Below are positions 21,841 to 31,394 of a DNA stretch of 64,000 bases, piece by piece. The position numbers and the translations under genes are program-made. Under the pieces are notes generated by a model. It was not told the origin of the DNA. It was given only the letters and a program-made list of their open reading frames with translations, and searched no databases. This stretch comes from Nitrosopumilus sp. (lineage in GTDB: Archaea; Thermoproteota; Nitrososphaeria; Nitrososphaerales; Nitrosopumilaceae), in assembly GCA_965205425.1 (NCBI GenBank), contig CBDBGZ010000008.1, positions 128,001 through 192,000 on the forward strand, read 5' to 3'. Numbering within the stretch: the stretch's first letter is position 1; each line of letters opens with the position of its first letter.

Positions 21841-21866
21841 GTTTATGGTTCTGGGATTAAACAGAT

Positions 21867-21891
21867 CACTCAGAGGTGATCCCTCTGAGTG
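21867..21891. repeat. perfect 10-bp inverted repeat CACTCAGAGG-TGATC-CCTCTGAGTG
   Basis: Read directly. Confidence 0.9.
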
Positions 21892-21900
21892 CCTACGGTA

Positions 21901-22130
21901 TACTTGAAACTACTTGAAACTACTTGAAACTACTTGAAACTACTTGAAACTACTTGAAACTACTTGAAACTACTTGAAACTACTTGAAACTACTTGAAAC
22001 TACTTGAAACTACTTGAAACTACTTGAAACTACTTGAAACTACTTGAAACTACTTGAAACTACTTGAAACTACTTGAAACTACTTGAAACTACTTGAAAC
22101 TACTTGAAACTACTTGAAACTACTTGAAAC
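21901..22130. repeat. perfect tandem repeat (TACTTGAAAC) x23
   Basis: Counted directly. Confidence 0.98.
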
Positions 22131-22334
22131 TCATGCACTCTCATGCCACTGGGATTATATTTTGTTGCCATTTTAATCTTCACCAGTAATTAGAGTAATT
22201 TCTCCATTTTTGATGCTAAATTACAAACTTTCAAGATCTCCCAATAATCCCATTATTAGCTTTGGAATATGACATCACTTACTATTAGTCCCATCAAAAG
22301 ACAGTGAAACAGGAAATTCCATTTCGTTTTTTTA

Positions 22335-22724
22335 TTATCCTAAATCATATTCATTGTTATTTTCTGTGATGATTTTTATGACTTTTCCATTAGTATTTGT
22401 AGGAAGAATAACTGTTATTTCATTTAATGGAATAATATCAGTCTGAATACCATTAATTGTATAACTATCATCTAAAACACCATCAACAAACATTTTTTTG
22501 ATAATTATTTTATCTGCCCCAGTGTTTAGCACATCAATGCGTAATGGATTATTTAACAAATCTATAATTGTTAGTAGTTCACCTGCCTTTCTTTTCTCTG
22601 ATTGTATCTGATCATGTGTAGATGTAAAAACAATTTCTGAACTATTAATGGCATAATCATATGTTAAATATGCACCAGTTAATGCAAATGCTCCAACTAA
22701 CAGATACTCTATTGTATGACTCAA
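22335..22724 (-). CDS. pilin-like protein (N-terminal hydrophobic helix + beta domain)
   Basis: MSHTIEYLLVGAFAL...; IDVLNTGADKIII resembles the NxG motif of archaeal pilin-like proteins. Confidence 0.6.
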   Translation of the reverse strand: MSHTIEYLLVGAFALTGAYLTYDYAINSSEIVFTSTHDQIQSEKRKAGELLTIIDLLNNPLRIDVLNTGADKIIIKKMFVDGVLDDSYTINGIQTDIIPLNEITVILPTNTNGKVIKIITENNNEYDLG

Positions 22725-23092
22725 AGCGTCACCTCACCAGTACAGATAGCACTATCATGTGCAGTTGTTACCAAAACTTCCAAGAACCCTTCATCAATCG
22801 TATTTACTGTGAATTCATCAACGGTGTAATTGCCTGGAATAATTATACTATCACGTGATACAGACCAACCTGATGATCTAATATCATAACGGATAATTGT
22901 GTCATCTCCATTGTTTAACAGTTCCATCTCTATCAAATATTTTGCATCTGTTATTTGAAATACTTTCAAGTTTTGTATGCTGCATTTTGTTTCGTTCAGC
23001 AGCAAGGGTTGTGCAATGTGTGGACCAACATATGCCACCATTCCAATTATCACACCAAGAATTAGAGATGTTGTAATTATTGTATGTGCCAT
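22721..23092 (-). CDS. pilin-like protein
   Basis: MAHTIITTSLILGVIIG...; ELLNNGDDTI; overlaps both neighbours. Confidence 0.55.
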   Translation of the reverse strand: MAHTIITTSLILGVIIGMVAYVGPHIAQPLLLNETKCSIQNLKVFQITDAKYLIEMELLNNGDDTIIRYDIRSSGWSVSRDSIIIPGNYTVDEFTVNTIDEGFLEVLVTTAHDSAICTGEVTL

Positions 23093-24945
23093 TATTCTTT
23101 TTCTGCATCTGTGTTAAAGTATACAGTTGTCTCTTTTTCATCAGCTTCAAACTTGAAATAAATTGTATTATCAGATGTAAATAGTACTGTCTCACCTTTT
23201 TTGAAATTCTCGATTCTTTCAATTTCAATTGGTTGCAAATCCAAAGCCTTTCCTACTTCTTTTGCAGCAGTTGGTGCCAGATTCATGACAATTTTTGTCT
23301 CAAACAGATCAGTTACTTTTGATTGGCTATCCATCACACTATCCAGATCTGAGAACAATTGGGTGCATACTGCAAAGATTCCTGATCTCTTTCTTATTTC
23401 ACGAGCAATTTCTGCAATCTTTTGTCCTGATAGTTTTAATTTTGTCATTCTCCAGGCTTCTTCTAGTAAGAGATACTTCCATTGTGTTTCAGGTAATTTG
23501 TTGATTCTCTTCCAAGCCCAAGTCAATACCAATAAAATAATTAGTTTTTCAGTCTTTGTGTTTTCTGTATCTTTGAGGGATATTATCATTTGATCTGAAA
23601 ATTTATTTTCTCCCTCAAAGATTTTTGATACTGGTCCCTCCACCAGATCAACTAGATACTTTTTTCCTTCATCACTGATGATATTATATAATTCTTTGAT
23701 GCTTTTTAGACCATCACATTTGCTTCTCCATTCATTGACAATAACATCAGGTGCATCAGTAAATGATGCCAAAATATCAATAACTTCTGATTCGTTTTTG
23801 AATAAATCAAACGGATTCAGACCATATTGTTCTCCTGGAATTATCTTTACTTGTTCTAATCCAAAATAATCAGCATGTGGAAGATACTCTTCTTGAGGAT
23901 CAATTATGATACACATGGATTTTGGATGCTTGGTTCGGAATCGTTTTATCATGATTTTATTACCAAAGGATTTTCCAGAACCCATTGTACCACAAGTAAA
24001 AATATTATGATTCTTTCTGTATTTGGGATCATAAATAACTGGGCTTTTGTATCTGTCAACTCCCAAAACAAATCCGTTTGTTTCAAGCATTGCTGATGAT
24101 GTAAAGGGATAAAAAATTGCAGTAGATTCAGTAGTGCCAAACCAAGATATCCCTCCACCATTTACAATGTTTGCCTGCTGGCCATACGAATCAGTCATTA
24201 TGGTATTCAGACTGGATAGTTTTTTCCTCGCCTTCTTATCCAGTACACGGAGCTGTTTGTGATTTTCAGCAAAGACAAAACCATTAATGCTAAAACTAAA
24301 CAACTGTGTCAATCCAAGTTCCACCTGGTCGACTAGCTTTAGAATATCCTCCATTCTTTTCTCATCCTTGCTGTTTTGGGATTTGAGTTGAGTGTAAACT
24401 GCCTTTTTATTTTTGGCAATCTTCATTGCTTTCTCAGCAGATATTGGATTGATTGTAATCTGTATCTGGTGAAATGCCTCAAATAATCTGTGAATCCAGG
24501 CATCAGGCAGCATTGATGGCATCCGCTCAAGAGTGTATGCTTTGCCAAGTATTTTGTTATCATCCACATATGTAGTAAAATCACTTATTCCCTCAGATAC
24601 TGATTTTAATTGTAGATGGGTTTCATCACCATCTCGACTAAAAGAAAAACCAATCTGTTGAAGTGAGTTATCCAGGGATTCCATGGAATCTACCAATACT
24701 TCTAGTACCTCCATTTCAGTGTCTTCATTTTTGTAATGTACTGTAATTGGATTACGTGTTAGAGTGATTAGGATTTCCTTGTCAGTTGATTCAAGTAAGT
24801 TAAAAAAATCATTTAATTTTCTTTGCTGTTTTTCTGGAGATAGAATAAGAAAGTTTGTCGGCTTTATCGAATATGAATATTTGTACTTTTTTTCAGGTAT
24901 TTTTTGTGTTATGATTTGAAATATTTTTGAAGTATTTAGAGTCAT
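23092..24945 (-). CDS. VirB4/TraC-like conjugative ATPase
   Basis: N-terminal PTNFLIL, Walker A GTMGSGKS, IIDPQEEY, LLEEAW, REIRKR, TQ. Confidence 0.85.
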   Translation of the reverse strand: MTLNTSKIFQIITQKIPEKKYKYSYSIKPTNFLILSPEKQQRKLNDFFNLLESTDKEILITLTRNPITVHYKNEDTEMEVLEVLVDSMESLDNSLQQIGFSFSRDGDETHLQLKSVSEGISDFTTYVDDNKILGKAYTLERMPSMLPDAWIHRLFEAFHQIQITINPISAEKAMKIAKNKKAVYTQLKSQNSKDEKRMEDILKLVDQVELGLTQLFSFSINGFVFAENHKQLRVLDKKARKKLSSLNTIMTDSYGQQANIVNGGGISWFGTTESTAIFYPFTSSAMLETNGFVLGVDRYKSPVIYDPKYRKNHNIFTCGTMGSGKSFGNKIMIKRFRTKHPKSMCIIIDPQEEYLPHADYFGLEQVKIIPGEQYGLNPFDLFKNESEVIDILASFTDAPDVIVNEWRSKCDGLKSIKELYNIISDEGKKYLVDLVEGPVSKIFEGENKFSDQMIISLKDTENTKTEKLIILLVLTWAWKRINKLPETQWKYLLLEEAWRMTKLKLSGQKIAEIAREIRKRSGIFAVCTQLFSDLDSVMDSQSKVTDLFETKIVMNLAPTAAKEVGKALDLQPIEIERIENFKKGETVLFTSDNTIYFKFEADEKETTVYFNTDAEKE

Positions 24946-24995
24946 TATTTGTTAGATAGTTTTTTCCTTAAAAGCTAATTTTTTAACATTATACA

Positions 24996-26489
24996 ATGGG
25001 TGAATTTATCATTACACGTTTTGGCGGTGAAGTAAAAGACAGCGACATACTAGAAAAATATGCAGTGGATGGAATGGTATCTGTAGTTATTACCAAGGAT
25101 GGAAAGTACAAGATAAGAGAACCTCCTCTAACTGAGCAGGCAAAGAGGTTACACAATATATTAATGAGCACAATAAGAAATTCATTTGATACAAAAAATA
25201 TTGCAACTAGTACAATATTTTCCAGTCTAAAGGACATACTAGAAGATGAAGCACGAAAAATAAACCAGTTGGATTTGTACTTGAGTGAAAAGGCATCTTT
25301 GGAATATTATCTGAAACGCAATTTCAAAGGATATGGTGTTTTAGATCCGCTAATTAATGATGGTAAATTAGAAGATATTTTAGGTACAAGGTGGGATGCA
25401 CCAATTACAGTAAAACACAGAGACTATCCATTTTTTCACAATATGCAAACCAATGTAAAATTTAGCTCAAAACAAATGATGTTCAGATGGGTTAATCGAT
25501 TCTCAAGCAAATATGGCCAACCACCGTCAGAAGCCTCCCCTGAATCCAGTTTTGCAAATGAGAATAATGTGAGATTTACAGTTACTGGCAATGATATTAT
25601 AACACCAAATGGACCAACAATCTCAATTAGAATTCCATCTAAAATTCCAATTACGATATACCATCTGCTAAAAAACGATATTCTCACACCGTTAGCTGCA
25701 GCATATTTGTGGATGATAATTGATTTGAAGGGGTTCTCACTAGTAATTGGAGCCACATCTGCAGGAAAAACTACAATGATTAATGCAATTTTCTCAATGG
25801 CCAATCCCAACTGGCATTATTATACAATTGAGGATGTATTGGAATTGAACCTAAATCACAGAATTGTATCAACTCACAAAGTGGCAGAAAACAGTACATT
25901 AAAAATAAAAAACAAAGAGACTGACCATACGGTATTTTCATTATTAAAGCTTGCATTGCGTTTCAAACCTGAATTTATTTTGGTGGGGGAAGTGTTGGGT
26001 AATGAGGCAGAAGGACTATTTCAGGTGGCACAAAGTGGAATGGGCTGTTACAGTTCATTTCATGCTACCAGTCCATATGATGCACTAGCCAAACTACAAA
26101 GTGAAAAGTATGGAGTGTCACGAGAACAGACACGAGCAATATCATGTATCATTCACATGTCTCAGGTTACTAGAGGAAATACAATGAGAAGAGCGGTATT
26201 GGAAATTGTAGAGCCTGAAATTCTTGCAGGAGAGAATTTCAAAAAGAAACTAAATGTTATTTTTTATTATGATAGTAAAACAGGCAAGCTAAAACCTGAT
26301 AGCATAGATGAATTATTGGAGAAAAGCACAAAGTTGAATGATGCAACGAGTGTTTTAGGCATAACAAACATCAGAGAAAACTTTCAAAAAAGGGTTGATG
26401 TGTTAGAGAAGATTCAAAATAAAAATCTCAGCACCAGTGAGGAAATATCTAAAGAATCAAATTTGTATTATCAAAATCTAAATTTATAA
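24996..26489 (+). CDS. type II/IV secretion ATPase (FlaI/TadA/VirB11 family)
   Basis: LDPLINDGKLEDI, GATSAGKTT, TIEDVLEL, LRFKPEFILVGEV, SSFHA. Confidence 0.9.
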   Translation: MGEFIITRFGGEVKDSDILEKYAVDGMVSVVITKDGKYKIREPPLTEQAKRLHNILMSTIRNSFDTKNIATSTIFSSLKDILEDEARKINQLDLYLSEKASLEYYLKRNFKGYGVLDPLINDGKLEDILGTRWDAPITVKHRDYPFFHNMQTNVKFSSKQMMFRWVNRFSSKYGQPPSEASPESSFANENNVRFTVTGNDIITPNGPTISIRIPSKIPITIYHLLKNDILTPLAAAYLWMIIDLKGFSLVIGATSAGKTTMINAIFSMANPNWHYYTIEDVLELNLNHRIVSTHKVAENSTLKIKNKETDHTVFSLLKLALRFKPEFILVGEVLGNEAEGLFQVAQSGMGCYSSFHATSPYDALAKLQSEKYGVSREQTRAISCIIHMSQVTRGNTMRRAVLEIVEPEILAGENFKKKLNVIFYYDSKTGKLKPDSIDELLEKSTKLNDATSVLGITNIRENFQKRVDVLEKIQNKNLSTSEEISKESNLYYQNLNL

Positions 26490-26506
26490 AATATTGAATT
26501 GTAATC

Positions 26507-26809
26507 TCACTCTATCTTTGATGAAATTTTTGATATGTGTTCAGGTTCATTCCCAATCATACCAACAACATAGGATACTCCAAGTTTGTCAAGATACAAT
26601 ACTGCCATACTTTTACCATCATCTGAAAGTAGTTTTCGTTTGACTAGTTTTTGGGCAACTGACTTGAATCCTTTTTTTATTCTGTATGTTGAGGATATCT
26701 TTTTCCAGTTAATCATTTTTGAGAATTTTTCTATGGCAACATAATTTCGCATCCCAATTATTCCCTTGTTATATGCCTGCAATAATATCGCAATCTCATA
26801 GTCATCCAC
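26507..26809 (-). CDS. small putative winged-helix protein
   Basis: 100 aa, KLVKRKLL...LYLDKLG wing-like pattern. Confidence 0.6.
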   Translation of the reverse strand: MDDYEIAILLQAYNKGIIGMRNYVAIEKFSKMINWKKISSTYRIKKGFKSVAQKLVKRKLLSDDGKSMAVLYLDKLGVSYVVGMIGNEPEHISKISSKIE

Positions 26810-26811
26810 AC

Positions 26812-26860
26812 TGTATAATTATACAACAAGTATTATATAATAATATTGTATAATTATACA
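26812..26860. promoter_or_regulatory. two copies of the 14-bp palindrome TGTATAATTATACA between divergent genes
   Basis: 26812-26825 and 26847-26860. Confidence 0.75.
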
Positions 26861-26862
26861 TA

Positions 26863-27360
26863 ATGTCTAGAACAGATCTTACCAGTGCAACTCTACAAAT
26901 AATGAAAACTATTGCAAATGGAAAGCCATACACATTAAACAAATTAAGTGAAAAAACAGAATTAAATTTTAGAACTGTACAAAAAGCACTTGCTTTGATT
27001 GAAGCATGCCAAAGACAATTGGAATCAAAAAAGATCAACATAACACACTTGGAGCATGCAACTCATATTCAGATGAAAACAAAAAATGGAATAACATCAA
27101 TGCCAATACATATACAAAAAATGCTAATGCGTACAACATACTATCCCACACCTGATAGAAATGAAGAAGTTCTTGTGTATCTATTACAAAATCATGCAAC
27201 TATATCATCATCTGCAATACATATGAATTCCAATGCAATTTTAGATGAATTGGTATCAGCAGAACATGTAATTAGAAAAGGGAGAAAATACTATCTCTCA
27301 GAGATTGGAATAATCACTGCAAAAGGTGCAATTTCATTATATCCTGAATTGATACAGTGA
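26863..27360 (+). CDS. putative HTH transcriptional regulator (two wHTH-like domains)
   Basis: TLNKLSEKTELNFRTVQKAL; C-terminal YYLSEIG. Confidence 0.7.
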   Translation: MSRTDLTSATLQIMKTIANGKPYTLNKLSEKTELNFRTVQKALALIEACQRQLESKKINITHLEHATHIQMKTKNGITSMPIHIQKMLMRTTYYPTPDRNEEVLVYLLQNHATISSSAIHMNSNAILDELVSAEHVIRKGRKYYLSEIGIITAKGAISLYPELIQ

Positions 27361-27444
27361 ATTTATGTAAAATAGTACACTGTTCAATCTTAGTATCATT
27401 TTATCAATTTCACGATTTTCAACTGAGTGTTCAATTAGGGTGAT

Positions 27445-28763
27445 CAGTAGATGGGAAAGTAACTCAAGTTACACATTCTAGAAAATAATTATTTTTGTTA
27501 TTTCTAAAGTAATGAATAATTATCTTTACAAAGAAATATTTGAGAATTTCAATTGATATTATTGGTTTGTGATTTTGTACATTAGTTTCTTCTGAGATAA
27601 TCAAATTAGCAATTATCCATGCATTGTACAAAATCAAGGAATAGTAAAAATACAACAATCTTATGGATTGGTTTGAACTGGTGGTTTTTGGTCTGAACCT
27701 TCCCACACATGCATAACCTGTTTCAATCCCCCAACGTTTCTTGTAATCAGTTGGAATGTCCTGTATATTTTCAGATATTTCTTTTGGTGAAACGTTTGTT
27801 GCAAACACAGCATACTGATCAATAATATCTGATTTTTTTCTTGCATTTTTGTTTGGTAGAATAACTAGATTAAATGATTCTACATGTCCTGATGATGATT
27901 TTATCGTGTATGGCGAGATTGATTTTCTATCTCCATTAACGTATTGTAAAATGGCATCTTTGATTCGAGAATTCTTTTTTGCAGGCATTAGAAATTTTAA
28001 ATTCTTTTGTTTTATTTCTGAAATTGTTCCAGCTGTGAAAAACTCCCTATCCACTAGCAATAGTTTAATCTTGATTCCATTATTGATGCCATCAGAGAGT
28101 AATTTACGCACAAAATCGGCATTTGATTTGTTGTCATACAAAGGATAACAACCTAATTGAGCCCTGATTCTTTTTTCAACGCACTGCATGGTGCAGTAAC
28201 TCTCAAAATGAGTAGTACTGTTTTTTGATTTTGATTTTATTAAAGAATGGTTTGGCAATTTGTCATATCTTGGGATTAGATGTTTGTCAATTGCCACAGT
28301 AACTGGTTGCTCCAATACTCCCAATTCTTGTAATTTTGATATGGTACTATCCAGTGAACGATGTAATTGAATTTGCATTGTTTTTTGTGATATTTTTGAT
28401 ATAATTTTTCTCAACCATGAAACCAGTTGGAGAAGCATTATCTGATTCCATTGCCAGTCTCTTCAATCCAGATTCAGAATATGAATTTCCAAGACACAAT
28501 GACATGATAGAATTATGTGCATCTGCATTGTGGAACCGTGAGTTATTTTTACTAGAGCATGGAAACAATAAGATATTGTACATTATTTTAGCGACAATAT
28601 CAAATGCTTTTGATAGTACTACACCTTGGTGTGTCATGGTATCAAATGAAGTACAATGCATATTTGATGGAGTGACATACTTTCATCAAGCTTTTTCTAT
28701 CTGAATAATTTGAGAAAATGATCGTTATTTTTTGATCCGAATTGAGCACTTTCCTATCTACTG
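27445..28763 (-). mobile_element. ISH3-family IS copy 3 (same frameshift as copy 1; no TSD)
   Basis: TIRs present; ORFs 28347-28661 and 27464-28438. Confidence 0.9.
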
Positions 28764-28889
28764 AAAATGGTTAGCGTTAATCAAACTCTTTGAATTATCA
28801 GTATCTGCAAAGACTGCATCAGAACAGATGCATCTAAGTTACAAGACAACTCTAAAAGCATTTGATGCAATCAGATATTCCATCTTAGC
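28764..28889 (+). pseudogene. internal fragment of a second IS1595 transposase
   Basis: KWLALIKLFELSVSAK...KAFDAIRYSIL parallels KWLALVKLFDIGISAR...NAFDCIRYAIL at 5516-5640. Confidence 0.75.
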
Positions 28890-29048
28890 GGTTCTGGTAG
28901 TTTTTGGTGATCTGTCTATTAGGTTTTTCTTCCAACATAGATTTTCCCAGATATACGATTATTTTACGTGTGAATTGATTGAGAATGCCATGTTACAAAC
29001 CCTGATGTTAAAATTTGGTGATCTTGATCACTGTTTTTTACCAGAACC
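28890..29048. mobile_element. 159-bp MITE copy 4
   Basis: Same sequence and TIRs as copy 1. Confidence 0.9.
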
Positions 29049-29212
29049 ATAATATGCGTGGAAGTAATCCTGATCCTGAATATCGTCCATCGATAGAACC
29101 AAATTATACATCTAATGTAGATGATGATCCTCTAAAAATTCTAAAAACAAGATATGCAAAAGGTGAAATTACAAAAGAAGAATATGATGAAATGAAAAAA
29201 GAATTAGAATAA
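29049..29212 (+). pseudogene. SHOCT-domain protein, probably 5'-truncated by the MITE
   Basis: DPLKILKTRYAKGEITKEEYDEMKKEL. Confidence 0.7.
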
Positions 29213-29216
29213 AAAA

Positions 29217-30527
29217 TTATGAATTAGTATCTTTCTTGGATGATTCCCATTTCTCATCAATCAGTCTTTCCAATCTATCAAACCTACGGTCGTTTTCTTG
29301 TTGTTTGATATTATTTTGTTTTTGCATATCTTCTTTTTCTTGTTCTGAAATTTTTAATTGTTGTTTTAATTCCTGTAATTCTTTTGTTGGTAAAGAAATT
29401 GGATTTGAGTAAAGGGTAAGTCTTTGATCTACAGATTCATAATAAATCTCCAAATCCATTCTAGATTTACCCTCATATGCTTTGTTTGAAGGATCACTTT
29501 TACCCATGAATACTCTTTTGATATCAGTAGGCACACCACATGCATCACATACATCGTTGAATAATTTTCTAAATCGTTTAGGTCTTAATGGTGATTGTTT
29601 TGAAAACCTCAAAAACTGACATGGTTCATTTTTAGATGCAAGAATTTTTTCAAACCTTGATGCAGCATTTCGAAAATTTCTAGCCAAACTGTGAGGATCT
29701 ATTGCTTGGACATTTATGATATCTCTTTCTGGATCAAATTTTCTTTTATTTTCTTTACTAAATCTTCTTCTAAATTCACTTTTAGATTCTACAAAAATAG
29801 GTTCTGAGTCCACTGCATCTTTTCTGTTTAGACTCACATAGTTTTTTAGTAATTTTGTTGTTTCCTTGGTAAAAAAAGTACAGACAATTTCTTTCGTTTT
29901 TTGTCTTGTATATTTTATGAAGATTCTCTGACTGTTTTGATCTTGTAGTCGAACTAAATATAATGGTAAATTCAACAAATCACCTGAATCCAAGCCACAA
30001 TCTTTCAGACATAATGCAATAAGTTTATCTCTCGGAGATAGACATTCAAAAAAATCTTTCAGGAATTCTTTTCTGAGTTCTTTCTTTTTTACCGTTTCTC
30101 CATTCTCTTCTATCTCTATTATGTGGAATAATGGAACAGCATCATCAGAAAACTCAACTTGTGATGGATCAGGTTTTGGTGCTTTGATTTTTTGTGTATT
30201 AATATCATTATGAGAGTAAAAACCACGAATAATTCTATACGATGCATGTAATGAAGTATAAAATGTCTTTCCTTTCTCATCTTGCATCCAATTGAAAAAA
30301 TCAGATAATCTTTCTTTAACTACATGTTTTCCAGCTAATGCCTCTTCAATTATGGCATCAGGAGTTTTTTGTGTATATTCCAGAAACAAAGGCATGTAAT
30401 TTTCAATTGCTTGCTCAGTCTTTGGCGACATTCTTTGTCTGTGGGAACCATAAACCAGTCCTTTCTTCCATTTTTTTACTGCAGTATAATCACGCCAGTT
30501 CGAAAGAACCTGTTTGTTTTCAGACAT
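29217..30527 (-). CDS. tyrosine recombinase/integrase (atypical catalytic boxes)
   Basis: RDKLIALCLKDCGLDSGDLLNL, RQKT, PKRFRKLF, FMGK, KAY; C-terminal coiled coil; adjacent to attR. Confidence 0.8.
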   Translation of the reverse strand: MSENKQVLSNWRDYTAVKKWKKGLVYGSHRQRMSPKTEQAIENYMPLFLEYTQKTPDAIIEEALAGKHVVKERLSDFFNWMQDEKGKTFYTSLHASYRIIRGFYSHNDINTQKIKAPKPDPSQVEFSDDAVPLFHIIEIEENGETVKKKELRKEFLKDFFECLSPRDKLIALCLKDCGLDSGDLLNLPLYLVRLQDQNSQRIFIKYTRQKTKEIVCTFFTKETTKLLKNYVSLNRKDAVDSEPIFVESKSEFRRRFSKENKRKFDPERDIINVQAIDPHSLARNFRNAASRFEKILASKNEPCQFLRFSKQSPLRPKRFRKLFNDVCDACGVPTDIKRVFMGKSDPSNKAYEGKSRMDLEIYYESVDQRLTLYSNPISLPTKELQELKQQLKISEQEKEDMQKQNNIKQQENDRRFDRLERLIDEKWESSKKDTNS

Positions 30528-30568
30528 ATCAAGATTATGGGCTCAGAAGTATAATAGGGTACATTGCA

Positions 30569-30590
30569 ATTCACATTAATTTTAAGTAGG
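30569..30590 (+). repeat. attR core, overlapping the likely TATA box of the aro operon
   Basis: Identical to 14241-14262; TTTTAAGT lies ~25-30 bp before ATG 30612. Confidence 0.85.
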
Positions 30591-30611
30591 GCACGAAAAT
30601 CAGATCAAATC

Positions 30612-31394
30612 ATGGTATCAGGAAATCAAATTAGACTTAATCGAATTCTCAGAAAGGGAAGAATGTTATGTATTCCAATGGATCATGGCATTTCAAATGG
30701 ACCCATCGAGGGCCTTGAAAATCCAATAGATACAATTTACAAATGTGAAGGACATGGTCTCACAAGTGTCATTATTAACAAAGGAATTATCAAAGCATTA
30801 CCCAAACCAACCAAAGTAGGAATTTTAGTTCATTTTTCAAGTAGTACAGCATTATCATTATCACCCAATCGAAAAATGCTAACAGGAACTGTAAAGGAAG
30901 CAGCTGCATTGGGGGCAGATGGAGTTTCATTACACATCAACATTGGAGGTAAAGAAGAACCAGAAATGTTAGAACAACTTGGAATGACGGCAGATCAATG
31001 TCACAGATGGGGAATGCCACTTTTAGCAATGATGTATCCTAGAGGAGAGAATATCAAAAACCCACATGATCCGGAAATTGTTGGACATGTTGCAAGAATT
31101 GGAGCAGAGTGTGGAGCAGATATTGTTAAGACATTATACACTGGAGATATTGATTCATTTGCAAAAATTGTAAAGAGTACACCAGTTCCAATTGTCATTG
31201 CAGGTGGACCTAAAGCAAAAACAGATTTGGATATTCTTCAAATGACTGAAGATGCTATGACTGCAGGAGCTAAAGGAGTTACATATGGTAGAAACATCTT
31301 TGCACACAAAACACCTGAAAAAATGGTAGAAGCATTAGCCGATATAATTTTTAGAAAAGGAACAGCAAAGGAAGCAATGAAAAAAATTGAGTAA
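30612..31394 (+). CDS. aroA': 2-amino-3,7-dideoxy-D-threo-hept-6-ulosonate synthase
   Basis: PMDHG, AMMYPRG, GADIVKT class I aldolase motifs; first gene of aro operon. Confidence 0.92.
   Translation: MVSGNQIRLNRILRKGRMLCIPMDHGISNGPIEGLENPIDTIYKCEGHGLTSVIINKGIIKALPKPTKVGILVHFSSSTALSLSPNRKMLTGTVKEAAALGADGVSLHINIGGKEEPEMLEQLGMTADQCHRWGMPLLAMMYPRGENIKNPHDPEIVGHVARIGAECGADIVKTLYTGDIDSFAKIVKSTPVPIVIAGGPKAKTDLDILQMTEDAMTAGAKGVTYGRNIFAHKTPEKMVEALADIIFRKGTAKEAMKKIE

Larger units (their letters stand above)
14241..30590. mobile_element. integrative (ICE-like) element, ~16.3 kb, inserted in the mqnC/aroA' intergenic region
   Basis: 22-bp direct repeat at both ends, terminal tyrosine integrase, VirB4, TA system, abrupt switch from core to accessory content. 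Confidence 0.85.

Noticed and set aside
21901..22130. CRISPR array (TTGAAAC motif)
   Set aside because: Pure 10-bp tandem repeat with no spacers.
28782..28798. Possible source of the 37-bp insert (CAAACTCTTTGAATTAT)
   Set aside because: Only ~17 AT-rich bases with a gap; the rest does not match.
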